Made by a program: the position numbers and the translations under genes. A stretch of 64,000 bases of DNA from assembly GCA_030390025.1 (NCBI GenBank), contig CM059432.1, forward strand, positions 85,128,001-85,192,000, written 5' to 3'. This document shows, in pieces, positions 11,276 to 23,219 of the stretch. The notes below the pieces were generated by a model. It was not told the origin of the DNA. It was given only the letters and a program-made list of their open reading frames with translations, and did no database searches. Positions within the stretch are counted from its first letter, which is position 1. Each line of letters opens with the position of its first letter. This stretch comes from Squalus acanthias. Taxonomy: Eukaryota.

Positions 11276-13942
11276 ATGACCTCTATTGACACCGCAAACT
11301 GCCGGCTCAAAGTGGAGAGAATCGCCAAGAAGATCGCGCATATTGACACAGACATCAAGTACCTGCAGAGATGCAAGAAAGCAGACAAGATTCCGAAAGG
11401 ACTACAGATCACGAACCCACTCAAGTCGACATACAACACAGACTACGCTGAGAGACTTTGCCGTCGTACCTCTCGCACACTCCTCAACCATCTCGTACAC
11501 CAGCTCTACAGCAGACGTCGCAACCTCGAAACCAAGATAGAGTCCATGCTCTCAGCCTGTGCTCAGGACACAGCAGACCAGCTACGAGACACCGCCAAAC
11601 AGACGAGGCAACGGAACTACGCTGCCTACATGCGCATCAAGAACAGGAAGCTTGAGAAACTCGGCGTAACCACCAGCTACAACCAAGCCTCCCCCGGTAC
11701 CACGGTTGCAACCACAGGGAAGTCCATCGTCAACCTGTCGGACCACACCCTTCAACCAGACGAAATCGAAGTTCTCGCCCTAGGGCTCAAGTTCTGCTCC
11801 ACCACCAAAATGGACCCCATCGGTCTCGCGGCGGACACAGAGGAATTCATCAGGAGAATGAGGATCCGGGAATACTACCACAAATCCCAAGATGTCAGCA
11901 ACATTCCTAATGAGACAATCAATGATCCGGAACAGCAGGCAGTGCTACAACCGAGGAAGAAAGAGTCAAATTGGAACCCTCCGGAGGGTCGCAACCCTAA
12001 GCTTGACATGTATGCTCAAGCTGTCAGGAAATGCATCAACGCCAGATTCATCAGCCGTACTCACAAGACAGTCCAGAATGTCACCCGAGCACAACGCAAC
12101 GCCATCCACGCACTCAAGACCAACCGCAACATCGTCATCAAACCAGCGGACAAAGGAGGAGCCATCGTCATACAGAACAGAATGGACTATTGCAAAGAAG
12201 CATACCGACAACTGGACAACCAGGAACACTACAGACAGCTACCCGCAGATCCGACCAAAGAACACACCCGCCAACTCAATAGACTGATCAAGACCTTCGA
12301 TCCAGACCTTCAAAACATCCTACGCGCTCTCATCCCACGTACTCCCCGCGTAGGAGACTTTTACTGCCTCCCAAAGAGACACAAAGCCAACACACCCGGA
12401 CGTCCTATCGTATCAGGCAACGGAACCCTGTGTGAGAACCTCTCTGGGTACGTCGAGGGCATCCTGAAACCCATCGTACAGGGAACCCCCAGCTTCTGTC
12501 ACGACACTACAGACTTCTTGCAGAAACTCAGCACCCATGGACCAGTTGAACCAGGAACACTCCTCGTCACAATGGACGTATCGGCACTCTACACCAATAT
12601 CCCCCACAATGACGGCATCGCTGCGACAGCCTCAGTACTCAACACCAACAACAGCCAATCTCCGGATGCCATCCTACAACTCATCCGCTTCATCCTTGAC
12701 CACAATGTCTTCACCTTCGACAACCATTTTTTTACCCAAACACACGGAACAGCCATGGGGACCAAATTCGCACCCCAATATGCCAACATCTTCATGCACA
12801 AGTTCGAGCAAGACTTCTTCGCTGCACAGGACCTCCAACCAACGCTGTACACCAGATACATCGACGACATCTTCTTCCTTTGGACCCATGGCGAAGGATC
12901 ACTGAAACGACTACACGATAGCATCAACAGGTTCCATCCCACCATCAAACTCACCACGGACTACTCCTCAGAATCGGTTTCATTCTTGGACACACGAATC
13001 TCCATCAAAGACGGACGCCTCAGCACTTCACTCTACCGCAAGCCCACGGACAACCTCACGATGCTCCACTTCTCCAGCTTCCACCCTAACCACGTTAAAG
13101 AAGCCATCCCCTATGGACAAGCCCTGCGAATACACAGGATCTGCTCAGACGAGGAGGAACGCGATGGACACCTACGGACACTGAAAGACGCCCTCGTAAG
13201 AACGGGATATGACACTCGACTCGTCGATCGACAGTTCCGACGGGCCACAGCGAAAAACCGCATAGACCTCCTCAGAAGACGAACACGGGACACAACCAAC
13301 AGAGTACCCTACGTCGTCCAGTACTTCCCCGGAGCGGAAAAACTACGCCATGTTCTTCGCAGCCTTCAACATGTCATCGATGACGACGAACACCTTGCTA
13401 AGGCCATCCCCACGCCTCCACTACTCGCCTTCAAGCAGCCGCCTAACCTCAAAAGTACCATCGTTCGCAGCAGATTACCCATCTTTCAGGCGAACAGCAA
13501 CCAAGACACCACACAACCCTGCCACGGCAACCTCTGCAAGACATGCCAAATCATGGACACAGATACCATCATCACACGTGAGGACACTACCCACCAGGTA
13601 CACGGTACATACTCATGTGACTCGGCCAACGTTGTCTACCTGATACGTTGCAGTAAAGGATGCTCCAGAGCATGGTACATCGGCGAGACCATGCAGACAC
13701 TGAGACAACGTATGAACGGACACCGCGCAACAATCGCCAGGCAGGAGGGTTGCCTCCCAGTCGGGGAACACTTCAGCAGCCAGGGGCATTCAGCCTCGGA
13801 TATGCGGGTAAGCGTTCTCCAAGGCGGCCTTCGAAATACACGACAGCGCAAAATCATAGAGCAGAAACTGATAGCCAAGTTCCGCACTCATGAGGAGGGC
13901 CTCAATCGTGATATCGGGTTCATGTCACGATACAGAACGTGA
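11276..13942 (+). CDS. Penelope reverse transcriptase + GIY-YIG endonuclease, 888 aa, uninterrupted
   Basis: IKPADKGG, GRPIVS, MDVSALYTNI, GTAMG, RYIDD, Cys linker PCHGNLCKTC, VVYLIRC..WYIGET..RMNGH..GLN; first ATG in the ORF is at 11276. Confidence 0.95.
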   Translation: MTSIDTANCRLKVERIAKKIAHIDTDIKYLQRCKKADKIPKGLQITNPLKSTYNTDYAERLCRRTSRTLLNHLVHQLYSRRRNLETKIESMLSACAQDTADQLRDTAKQTRQRNYAAYMRIKNRKLEKLGVTTSYNQASPGTTVATTGKSIVNLSDHTLQPDEIEVLALGLKFCSTTKMDPIGLAADTEEFIRRMRIREYYHKSQDVSNIPNETINDPEQQAVLQPRKKESNWNPPEGRNPKLDMYAQAVRKCINARFISRTHKTVQNVTRAQRNAIHALKTNRNIVIKPADKGGAIVIQNRMDYCKEAYRQLDNQEHYRQLPADPTKEHTRQLNRLIKTFDPDLQNILRALIPRTPRVGDFYCLPKRHKANTPGRPIVSGNGTLCENLSGYVEGILKPIVQGTPSFCHDTTDFLQKLSTHGPVEPGTLLVTMDVSALYTNIPHNDGIAATASVLNTNNSQSPDAILQLIRFILDHNVFTFDNHFFTQTHGTAMGTKFAPQYANIFMHKFEQDFFAAQDLQPTLYTRYIDDIFFLWTHGEGSLKRLHDSINRFHPTIKLTTDYSSESVSFLDTRISIKDGRLSTSLYRKPTDNLTMLHFSSFHPNHVKEAIPYGQALRIHRICSDEEERDGHLRTLKDALVRTGYDTRLVDRQFRRATAKNRIDLLRRRTRDTTNRVPYVVQYFPGAEKLRHVLRSLQHVIDDDEHLAKAIPTPPLLAFKQPPNLKSTIVRSRLPIFQANSNQDTTQPCHGNLCKTCQIMDTDTIITREDTTHQVHGTYSCDSANVVYLIRCSKGCSRAWYIGETMQTLRQRMNGHRATIARQEGCLPVGEHFSSQGHSASDMRVSVLQGGLRNTRQRKIIEQKLIAKFRTHEEGLNRDIGFMSRYRT

Positions 13943-14164
13943 CTTGACATCATGGCCGGTCTTCCCAGGTGTTTTTTTTTAAAAAAGGCTAACACAAGAA
14001 CCTACACAGATTGACAGGATATGCAGCCAGCAGGTGGTTTGACACGTTGGACCCCCTGGGACACATCTCATTGTCTTGGCTATGCTCTTTGATGTGGGAA
14101 AGATTTGAATATATTTTGTCTGTGTTTAAATTGTGAATTCTGGGAGATTCTCTCACTGCTAAAC

Positions 14165-14201
14165 TTACCTGACGAAGGAGCGAACTGCTCCGAAAGCTTG
14201 T
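14165..14201 (+). ncRNA. Minimal hammerhead ribozyme motif in the 3' pLTR
   Basis: Same core; CTGACGA at 14169, GAAA at 14192. Confidence 0.7.
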
Positions 14202-15322
14202 AAAATTAAATAAATCTGTTGGACTATAACCTGGTGTTGTGCGACTTCTTATTTTAATCATAGGAAAGAATACTGCAGTCACTACCTGTTGTGACATCAT
14301 AAGTGTATTGAGGAAGATTTCCAATGGTCACTATTGCTAACAAGTTCATAGACATGTTCTTCTGATGTAGTTGCAATGTCACTACGAGTGGCAAACAGAG
14401 CAGTTCTTGTCTCCTGCATAGTAACTCCCAGTGAGATTGCAATTAAGGTTCTTATCTTCAGTACCAAGTTTTACTGGTTAGAATAAGCCAAGAATTCTGA
14501 TATGGGTGACTAATGTCTCAGTTATACTGAATGTCTGGCATTGGCACTGGAAATCCTTTTGCACCACAGCAATGCTAACTATACAGTATACTACTACTAA
14601 ATTCCTGTCCGTCGGCTCAGCAGCGATGATGGAGTCATAAACTATACAGTATAACATTAATGATTTTGGCATCAGTAGTGAGATTAACTGGGAGAGATGT
14701 TCTTGTATTGCTACCACTATAAATTGACCGCAGTATATTTATAGCTGGTGTGCAGACAACTCCTTAAAGTTTAAGCTTAAAGTTTAAAAATAATTCAGGT
14801 GGCTTGTTGCATAGCCTTTCAATTAGAAATGATAGAAAAACAAACCTGTCAGTCTATCCACAAAACCTGTGACCATGTCTGTGTATTGTTAGTAGGGTGG
14901 ACTCAACGGCAAGTGATGTGGCCAAGGATTTCCTTGAATCTAGTTCAAAAGCTATATTCAAACTGAAGCTGGTGCCTTCTATCAGCTCATTCACTGAACA
15001 TAGCAAAAACAATGGGGGCTAAATTGTATATCCCTCGAAAACGGACAAGGGGTTTTTGATGCGCGACTAAACTGTGCCCGTTGATTGCAGCTTTGTGCTG
15101 CCTGCTCATTTGAATGATCTCTGCGTCCAGCCAGCACTAACCATGCTGTTCATTGGCTGGACGCACCAGCAGGGGCCCAATATCATGAGTGGCTAGCAGC
15201 ATTTAAAGCTAGCCTGCACTGCTTAAAGCTACCCTGCACCTCTTAAAGAGGAGGTGTATTGTGGATGGAGCAGATGCTGGGAGTTGTGGTTGAAGTGAAT
15301 CTGACCTGGAAAAGAGTGAAAA

Positions 15323-17066
15323 ATGGCACAACAGGGGCGAGAGCGGGCTCCAAGGTTTTCAGACGCAGCACTGGAGGTCTTGGTGGAGGAGATGGAGAGG
15401 AGGAGAGATGTGCTTTATCTACAGGGGTCATGGGGGTCCTCCAGACTAACTCTCAGAAAGCAGTGGAACCAGATAGCCATGGCGGTCAATGCCAGGAGTC
15501 AAGTCCCAAGGACCTGTATGCAGTGCCAAAAAAAGTTCAATGACCTCACACAAGTGGTCAAGGTTAGGGTTAGGGTTAACCCAAAGTTATTGCATCTTCA
15601 AATGCCACTTCTTACCAGTAGCCTCAGCCACTGCTCAAATCGCCACACCCCCATCACTCACCTATCAACAATCTCTATTAATCAGGACTCATACCTAACA
15701 TTCACATGCTTCACCTCACCCTCACACTTAGCACTGCTGCAAGCCTCACACCCATATCTCACAGGTTGCACACACTACCAGCTATTCAACCATGACAGCC
15801 ACATCAGCCAAACAGATTGCACGACACTTGCAGGACAAGGTGGCGCACAGCCAGAGGCAGCAGGAGCTAACCGGAGGGGGACAGGAGCGTCTACATGTCC
15901 TGAACCCAAAGAGGAGATGTTGCTGGCCATGGCGTTAGCCATGGCCAGCGGCGGTGCTGAAACCATCAAAGATGACAGTATCCTCATATGTAATCCTCCT
16001 TCTCACATCCCACTTCCTCCTCATCCCATACTTTCTTCTGATTTCCAAGCTGCAGATGGCATAAGCATGCACCTCTTACTTCGTCCCACCCCCCACTCCA
16101 CAATCTTACCCTTGTGCCTTTTTTACTTCAGATACCAAAGAGGTGCAACCTGGCCAGGCAGTGAAGGAACACCAAGAAGAGAGTGATGATGAAGGCACAG
16201 CACCGTTACCTGATTTCACACTCGCAGCCACCAACTTAGATACTGACACTGCGCGTATCTGCACGTGGTGAGACACCAGGCACAAGTGGGCTGCAGCCAG
16301 AGCAGAAGGCAAGGATAGCGCAGGTGCTAGCTGCAAGGCTGCACAAGTGTGAGAACTTCAATGGGGCAGCCTACAGAACAACACTGATGGGTATGCACAG
16401 CAAAATGCTTGGTGCTTGGAGTCCGGCAGCAACTTGGCATAAGGCTTTGTGCAGAGCTTGAAGCCCATCCTTTCCAGCATGGAAGTGGTGGCCAATTCCG
16501 TTTGCACACTTGTGGACCCAACCATGATGCAGCGTCTGATGGCCAATGTTGCAGCTTCCATTGCAGCACAAGCAGCACCCACCCAATGTCAGAGAACTGC
16601 AATGGAAGCTCAGACTGCTGTCAAGCAAGGTCAGCTTGCTGCCTTGCAAGCTAAGATTGCTGCCGCCATGGCTGTGGATTACAGAGTGCAAAGGGGCTTG
16701 CAGGGTGTCATAACAGTCCAGCAATCAATCCTCCAACAGATTACTGGGATTGCTGAGGCACCACCCCGGGGAAGTGGCAGTGGCTCCACAGAGCACGAAC
16801 CTGCTGTCCTCTCTTAGGAAGACAGCATTCGTCCTCCCACCCCAGCCACTCCGTTAGTGCTCTTGCTGTTGTCTGTCAGCCAGCCAGCCCAGACTGATGC
16901 CGCCCATGCTGAGATGCTGCAGTTCAAAGCCCAGCCTTCTAGGCCGAGAGCTGCTCGAGGTCGTCCTCCAAGGCCATCTGCAGTCTCCCCCACTGAAAGT
17001 CAGCAGCCTTCCACCAGCCATGCTGCAGCCATTGGTGTAACACTGCATAGAAACACTAGGACATAG
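15323..17066 (+). pseudogene. Harbinger Myb/SANT-like (MSANTD/NAIF1-like) gene, 3 exons, frameshifted
   Basis: RERAPRFSDAALEVLV..W..RTCMQCQKKFNDL; donor near 15562, exon 2 about 15835-15977, exon 3 from about 16132 broken into several frames. Confidence 0.8.
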
Positions 17067-17284
17067 AAGACAGGCACTAAGGGAATGCACAAGGGTGATT
17101 AGTTGACTTTTGTATGCAATATGGCCAGATTTCATTTATAAATTTGGTTTGGAATGTTTATTTTGTAATGGCTTTTATTTTTGCATTGTGGCCAAGTGGA
17201 CGCTGTGATGGTCAGTGACAGAGGGAAGGTGTGGGACTGTTGGTAAATGGGGAATTGCGGTTGCAGTTACTGGTATCGCACTCA

Positions 17285-17603
17285 ACAATAACACCTCCCC
17301 AAACCCGCGACCTCTTCCACCTAGAAGGACAAGGGCAGCAGGCGCATGGGAACACCACCACCTCCAAGTTCCCCTCCGAGTCACACACCATCCTGACTTG
17401 GAAATATATCACTGATCCTTCATCGTCGCTGGGTCAAAATCCTGGAACTCCCTCCCTAACAGCACTGTGGGAGTACCTTCACCACATAGACTGCAGCGGT
17501 TCAAGAAGGCGACTCACCACCATCTTCTCAAGGGCAATTAGGGATGGGCAATAAATGCTGACCTTGCCAGCGACGCCCACATCCCAGGAATGAATTTTTT
17601 AAA
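17285..17603 (+). mobile_element. 3' end of the second LINE family
   Basis: Reverse-complement match to 6561-6860. Confidence 0.75.
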
Positions 17604-20215
17604 AACAACAACTTACATTTATAAAGCGCCTTTAACGTAGTAAAATGTCCCAAGGCATTCCACAGGAACGCTATCAAAACAAAATTTGACACCGAGCCGT
17701 TTAAGAAGATATTAGGGCAGATGAGGGTCAAAGAGGTAGGTTTTAAGGAGTGTCTTAAAGGAGGAAAGAAGTTGGAGAGCCGAAGGGGTTTAGGGGGGGA
17801 ATGCCAGAAATTAAGACCTAGGCAGCTGAAGGCATGGCCGCCAATGGTGGAGTGATTAAAATTGAGGATGTTCAAGAGGCCAGAATTGGCGGAGCGCAGA
17901 GATCTCAGGGGATTGTAGGGCTGTAGGAGATTACAGAGATAGGGAGGGGTGAGGCCATGGAGGGATTGAAAACAAGGATGAGAATTTTAAAATCGAGGCG
18001 TTGCTTAAACGGGAGCCATTATAGGTCAGTGAGCATAGGGGAGTTGGTTGAGAGGAACATGGTATGAGTTAGGACATGGGCAGCAGAGTTTTGGTTGACC
18101 TCAAGTTTATGGAGGGTAGAAGTTGAGAGGCCCGTCAGGAGTGCGTTGGAATTGTCAAATCTAGAGGTAACAAAGGGTTTCAGCAGCAAATAAGCTAAGG
18201 CAAGGGCAGAGACGGATGATGTTACGGAGGTGGAAATGGATGGTCTTAGTGATGGCGTGGATATGAGGTAGGATGCACATCTCGTGATCAAATATAACAA
18301 CGTTGCAAACAGACTAGGTCAGCCTCAGACAGTTGCCAGGGAAAGGGAACGGAGTTTGTGGCGTGGACCAAAGACAATGGCTTCAGTCTTCCCTACATTT
18401 AATTGGAGGAAATTTCTACTCATCCAGTGCTGGATGTTGGACCAGCATTCTGACAATTTAGAGTGTAGGAATTATTTATGACTTTCACACCTCCTACATT
18501 AGGTGTTAGAGTAGGTTTCGTAGACCTGAATCCACTTTAACAGAAACACACAGACACACTATCTCCCAGAAATCTTTTATTTAACCACCAACACACAGAT
18601 TAAATAAGAACCCAACTTAACCTGTCCTGGTGTCTTCAAACGCCTGGTGGTCAAACCAACGATCCCTTGAACTCTGTTGAAATCTTTAGACGTCTTCTCT
18701 TCGTTAGACCAGGATACGTTTATCCTGGCCGACTGCGGTAAAAAACTAGGTATTACTGTATGTCAGTTCTTATATTTTTTTGTGCTCAGATTCTTCGTGT
18801 AGTGTTCATGTGTACACCTCGATGATTGGCTCATTCAAGCATGGCTTTTCCCCTTGCTGTTCATGGTTGGTTCAAAGTTTAGTGGGGTTACTTTATCATG
18901 CGTATCACTTGTTGCAGTTTAATGAGGGTCTTAGCTCAAGACAGTGCTGGTTGTTCCACTAGTTCCATAGCAACCCCAGATTTGTCCTTGGCTACAACTG
19001 CTTTTTTTGTATGAGTAATGTCTGTTAAAAATGTTCCTCCATAAATCTTTGTTCTCAACTTGCATTTTAAAGTGGCATAGCCATCATTAAAAGTTCTCTT
19101 TTGTATTAAAGTTCTTCTTGTTGTCAGGGATATTTGAAATAGATTTTCCTTCAAGAGACAGTGGAGGGGTCGTGAAAGGTGGAGGAGAGGTAGAGCTGAG
19201 TATCATCAGCGTACATGTGAAAGCTCACACTGTGTTGTCGGATGATGTCACCAAGGGGCAGTATGTAGATCAGAAATAGGAGAGGGCCAAGGATAGATCC
19301 TTGGGGGACAAAAGAGGTAACAGTGCTGGAGCGGGAAGAGAAGCCATTGCAGGTGATTCTATGGCTACGGCTGGAAAGATAGGAACAGACGAACATACGA
19401 ATTAAGAGCAGGAGTAGGCCACTCGGCCTCTCGAGCCTTCGCTCCGCCATTCAGTAAGATCATGGCTGATCTGATATCTGAGGAATGGAACCAGGTGAGT
19501 GCAGTCCCATCCAGCTGGATGATGGTGGAGAGGCGTTGGAGCAGATATGTGTGGTCAACAGTGTCAAAGGCTACAGACAGGTCGAGAAGGACGAGGAGGG
19601 ATAGTTTACCTTTGTCACAGTTAATTAGGATATCATTTGTGTCCTTGGTAAGAGCCATTTTGGTACTATGGCAGGGGCGGAAACTTGACTGGAGGGATTT
19701 AAACAAGGTGCTCCGGGAAATATTGTCACGGATTTGGGGGGCGTCAACACATTCAAGGACTTTGGTGAGGAAAGGGAGGTTGGAGATAAGGCGATAAGGA
19801 CGGAGGGGTCAAGGGTTGTTTGTTTGAGGAGAGGGGTGATGATGGCAGATGTAAAGGAGAGGGAGACAGTACCTGAGGAGAGAGAACCATTAACAATATC
19901 AGCTAACAAGGAAGCCAGGAAGGGAAGTTGGGTTGTCAGCAGTTTAGACGCAATCGGGTCGAGAGAGCAGGAGGTTGGTCTCATCAACAAGATGAACTTT
20001 GAGAGGGCACGAGGGGAGATAGGAGAGAAACTAGAGAAATATGCAAATTCAGGGTTAGGCAGGGGGAAACTGAGAGGAAGCTAAGTCTGGTGGGCTAGGG
20101 GAAGGGAGGGAAGTAGCAGAGGCAGCTGAATGGATGTTCTCGATCTTTGTAACAAAAAAGTCCTCGGATTTATTGTTGGAGGTGAGGGAGGAGGAGGCAG
20201 TGAAGGGTGGTTTGA
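17604..20215 (-). mobile_element. L2 LINE (3' part), interrupted by a solo LTR and a short CR1 tail (about 19376-19472)
   Basis: LLDLSVAFDTVDH, VPQGSILGPLLF, HMYADDTQLY; 3' end GGCGCTTTATAAATGTAAGTTGTTG. Confidence 0.88.
18464..19153 (-). mobile_element. Solo LTR (690 bp)
   Basis: TGAAGGAA...TTCCTACA inverted termini, 4-bp TSD AGAG (18460-18463, 19154-19157), TATA near 18772 and AATAAA near 18580 on minus strand. Confidence 0.88.
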
Positions 20216-20217
20216 GA

Positions 20218-20687
20218 AAGAAAAGAAAGACTTGAATTTATATAGCGCCTTTCACGACCACCGGACGTCTCAGCGCTTTACAGCCAATGAAGTACTTTTG
20301 GAGTGTAGTCACTGTTGTAATGTGGGAAACGCGGCAGCCAGTTTGCACACAGCAAGCTCCCACAAACAGCAATGTGATAATGACCATTTAATCTGTTTTT
20401 GTTATGTTGGTTTAGGGATAAATATTGGCCAGGATACCGGGGATAACTCCCTTGCTCTTCTTCGAAATATTGCCATAGGATCTTTTACGTCCACCTGAGA
20501 GAGCAGACGGGGCCTCGGTTTAATGTCTCATCCGAAAGACGGCACCTCTGACAGTGCAGCACTCCCTCAGCATTGCACTGGAGTGTCAGCCTAGCTTTAT
20601 GTGCTCAGGTCCCTGGAGTGGGACTATGAACCCACAACCTTCTGACTTAGAAGCGAGTGTGCTACTAACTGAGCCACAGCTGACACA
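20218..20687 (-). mobile_element. DeuSINE (SacSINE1-like): tRNA head, Deu domain, L2-type tail
   Basis: Head TGTGGCTCAGTTAGTAGCA..GGGTTCATAGTCCC; core GGTGCCGTCTTTCGGATGAGAC; tail GGCGCTATATAAAT. Confidence 0.8.
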
Positions 20688-20689
20688 GG

Positions 20690-21095
20690 AAACGAGAAGA
20701 CGGTTTGTGATGAAGAGAAGCCGAATGTTGTCGTTGCCTCCGGCGAGTTGGCACTCCTGCCCCCCTAAGGATATAAGACATCCCTCCTCCATTCCACCTC
20801 TTCATCAAAGACCTCTAGTGCAGTGTTCAAAAACCTTGGTGCCCACTCTCTCCCATGGTTAGCCATTGTTGATTGTTGCACAATACACTATTCCCAATAA
20901 TCTCAGCATCTCTAGCAGCCACAATGCACCTCTCCTTTAAGAGGTGCAGGCTAGCTTTAAAAGAAGTGCAGGCTAGCTTTAAGTAGTGCTGGGCACTCAA
21001 GATATTGGGCCCCCTGCTGATGTGTGCAGCCAATGAACAGCACTGGGAGCACTGGCTGCTCACAGAAATCATGGTAATGTGCAGGCATCATGAAG
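20690..21095 (-). mobile_element. Harbinger fragment: Myb promoter and start of exon 1
   Basis: Similar to 15170-15400 in reverse; CTCTTAAAGGAGAGGTG motif; ..RVGTKVF. Confidence 0.6.
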
Positions 21096-21945
21096 TGTTG
21101 CTTGAGCACTCCGATGGTCTGCTCAATGATGTTCCTGGTGGCAGCATGTCTCTCATTGTATGAGTGTTGGGCACGTGTGCTGGGGTTGCGGAGGGGAGTC
21201 ATGAGCCAGGTGGAGAGCGGATAGCCCTTGTCTCCCAGCAGCCATCCGCTAGCTTGATGTGGTGGCTGGAACAGAGCTGGCACACCGGTCTGGCGCAGGA
21301 TGAAGGCATCGTGGCTGCTGCCAGGATAGCAGGTATTGATGGTGAGGATACGCTGTGTGTGGTCATACACCAACTGCACATTAAGTGAGTGGTAGCCTTT
21401 GTGGTTACGGAATACCTCAGGATTGTTATGCGGTGCCTGCAAAGCGACATCGGTGCAGTCAATGGCGCGCTGCACCATGGGGAAGTCTGCAATCCTGGCA
21501 AAGCCACATGCACACTCGTGCTGCTTCTCTCTGGTCATGGGGAAGGAAACGTAGTCCCATCTCCTTCTGGGAACTGTGCTATGTTAGATATGTCTCCTAT
21601 TGCACACTGGAAGGATCTTCTGGCGTAGAAATTGAGCACGACGGTGACCTTGACTGCCACTGAGAGAGACGTGGTGCTCCTGATGTGAGGCTCGAGGTCT
21701 GGCTGCAGGAGGTGGCGGAGCTCTGTGACCACGTCTTTGGTGAAGCGAAGCCTTCAAAGACACTGCTCCTCAGTGAGATTGATGTAGGAGAAATGCTGCC
21801 GGAATACCCTGGGAGGGTAAGGCCTCCTGTTGAGAGCCCTGTTGGCCCTCCTGCCTCTGGACACATTTTGCAATCTTTCTCTCTGCCTCCGCTGCCTACG
21901 ATAGTGATGCTAGAGGGCGAGGTCCAGTGCCAGTACAGCCCCCAT
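21096..21945 (-). pseudogene. Harbinger (HARBI1-like) transposase, frameshifted and 3'-truncated
   Basis: [30 protein letters not shown]. Confidence 0.88.
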
Positions 21946-23219
21946 TAAATTATGGAAATGTTGCACTATCAAATGTAACCCAAATGAAAGTGATAAATTT
22001 TTCTCAGCCAGAATACTCCTTCAAGTTGAAAACGCTCAAATTGCTGAAAACGCCTGATTGCCTATGTCAAACTGACAAGGCAGCAATCTTTGCCAACTAA
22101 AAAAAAACGGAAGTTGACACCTTTATATAGCACTCCTCCAGCGCTCATCCGACTGCCTTCTGCCTCCTCTACCTGTCGTTGCTAATGGCAGATGCTCAAG
22201 CAGGAGGCGAGAGTGAATTTCAGAGCTGGGGCGCTGCCGGGGCACTGCGCACCCGGATGATGTCATGATCTCTGGGCGCAGGAGATCGTGGCACTAATGG
22301 TTACCGCTCCCACAAACCTCCACCTCAATTTTGCGGGCGTCAGTACTATCGCCGCGCCCAGTCGCAAAGCCGGTAGCACCCTGTTAGCACCCCCCAGAGT
22401 CGCTAATGGGGGGCGCTAAGGTGCCCAATTTCTCCCCCCAAGTCTGAAGTATGAGGAAAGTCATGATAATACCTTCAGCTATTTTATTAACTCAGACTGA
22501 AGACATTGAAGGATTATTATGGCCTTGCCGCTAGCTCAGAGACTGGAAAGTCTCTTTCTTTCCTTCCCCTTGCCCCCCAGGTCATATGGCACGTGTGCAC
22601 TCTCTCCACTGACGGCGCTTATTTCAAACGCGCGAGCGGCTTCCAACCGACACAAGGCGGCTCCGCACAGGGGCAAAGAAAAGAGTTGAAAGGAAGGCTC
22701 ACACTACCTCGGCCCACACAACGCCAGACTAACTCGCGGATTTCCCCACGCCCAACCCAGGTTTTAATCCCCCGGAAGAGAAGTTATAACTTCCACTATT
22801 TTATTTAATAGTTAAAAGCGGCGAGTGGTTTATGATCGTGCAAGCAATAGGGCTAATTCAAAAAAAACTTACTGAGATAAATACTGCTGTAACAGTCAGT
22901 GACATGCAAAGGGACTTGTCTAAATCTTCAAATGGTGTCCAACAGTAAGAAACTGAATTGACACCGCAAGCACAGTCTTTGTATCGCTGAAACTATTCCA
23001 CTTGCCTCATATTCAAGGGAGACTACTGATATTTATGCCATAAACATCAGTAGTCTCCCCTGTATGTTGACCGAACAAACCAACTGGCGGACCCCCTGAT
23101 ATATTCTCGGGGACCCGTTGAGAACCTCTGTTTTAACCTATCCCATTCTGTGATTAGGATATCTATAGGTTCTCTTCACCTCCCCCTCCCATCCCCTTTC
23201 TTTCCCTTGGAGAAATAAA

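Larger units (their letters stand above)
9720..14249 (+). mobile_element. Penelope-like element (Neptune-like) with inverted 5' partial copy
   Basis: 12-bp TSD TATTTTAATCAT at 9708-9719 and 14250-14261; pLTR direct repeats 11044-11234 and 14059-14249; inverted copy 9720-11046. Confidence 0.95.
15014..22439. mobile_element. Decayed, rearranged Harbinger transposon with nested LINE/LTR/SINE insertions
   Basis: Termini GGGGGCTAAATTG and CAATTTCTCCCCC; Myb gene (+) and transposase (-) convergent; TSD not clear, so the two ends may come from different copies. Confidence 0.6.

Noticed and set aside
15563..16186. Continuous 287-aa ORF 15323-16186 (likewise 63200-63844)
   Set aside because: Reads through introns; homology with other copies stops at the splice donor
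18936..19154. 72-aa ORF that looked like a viral protein fragment
   Set aside because: Lies in the U3 part of a solo LTR, has no ATG start and no recognisable motif
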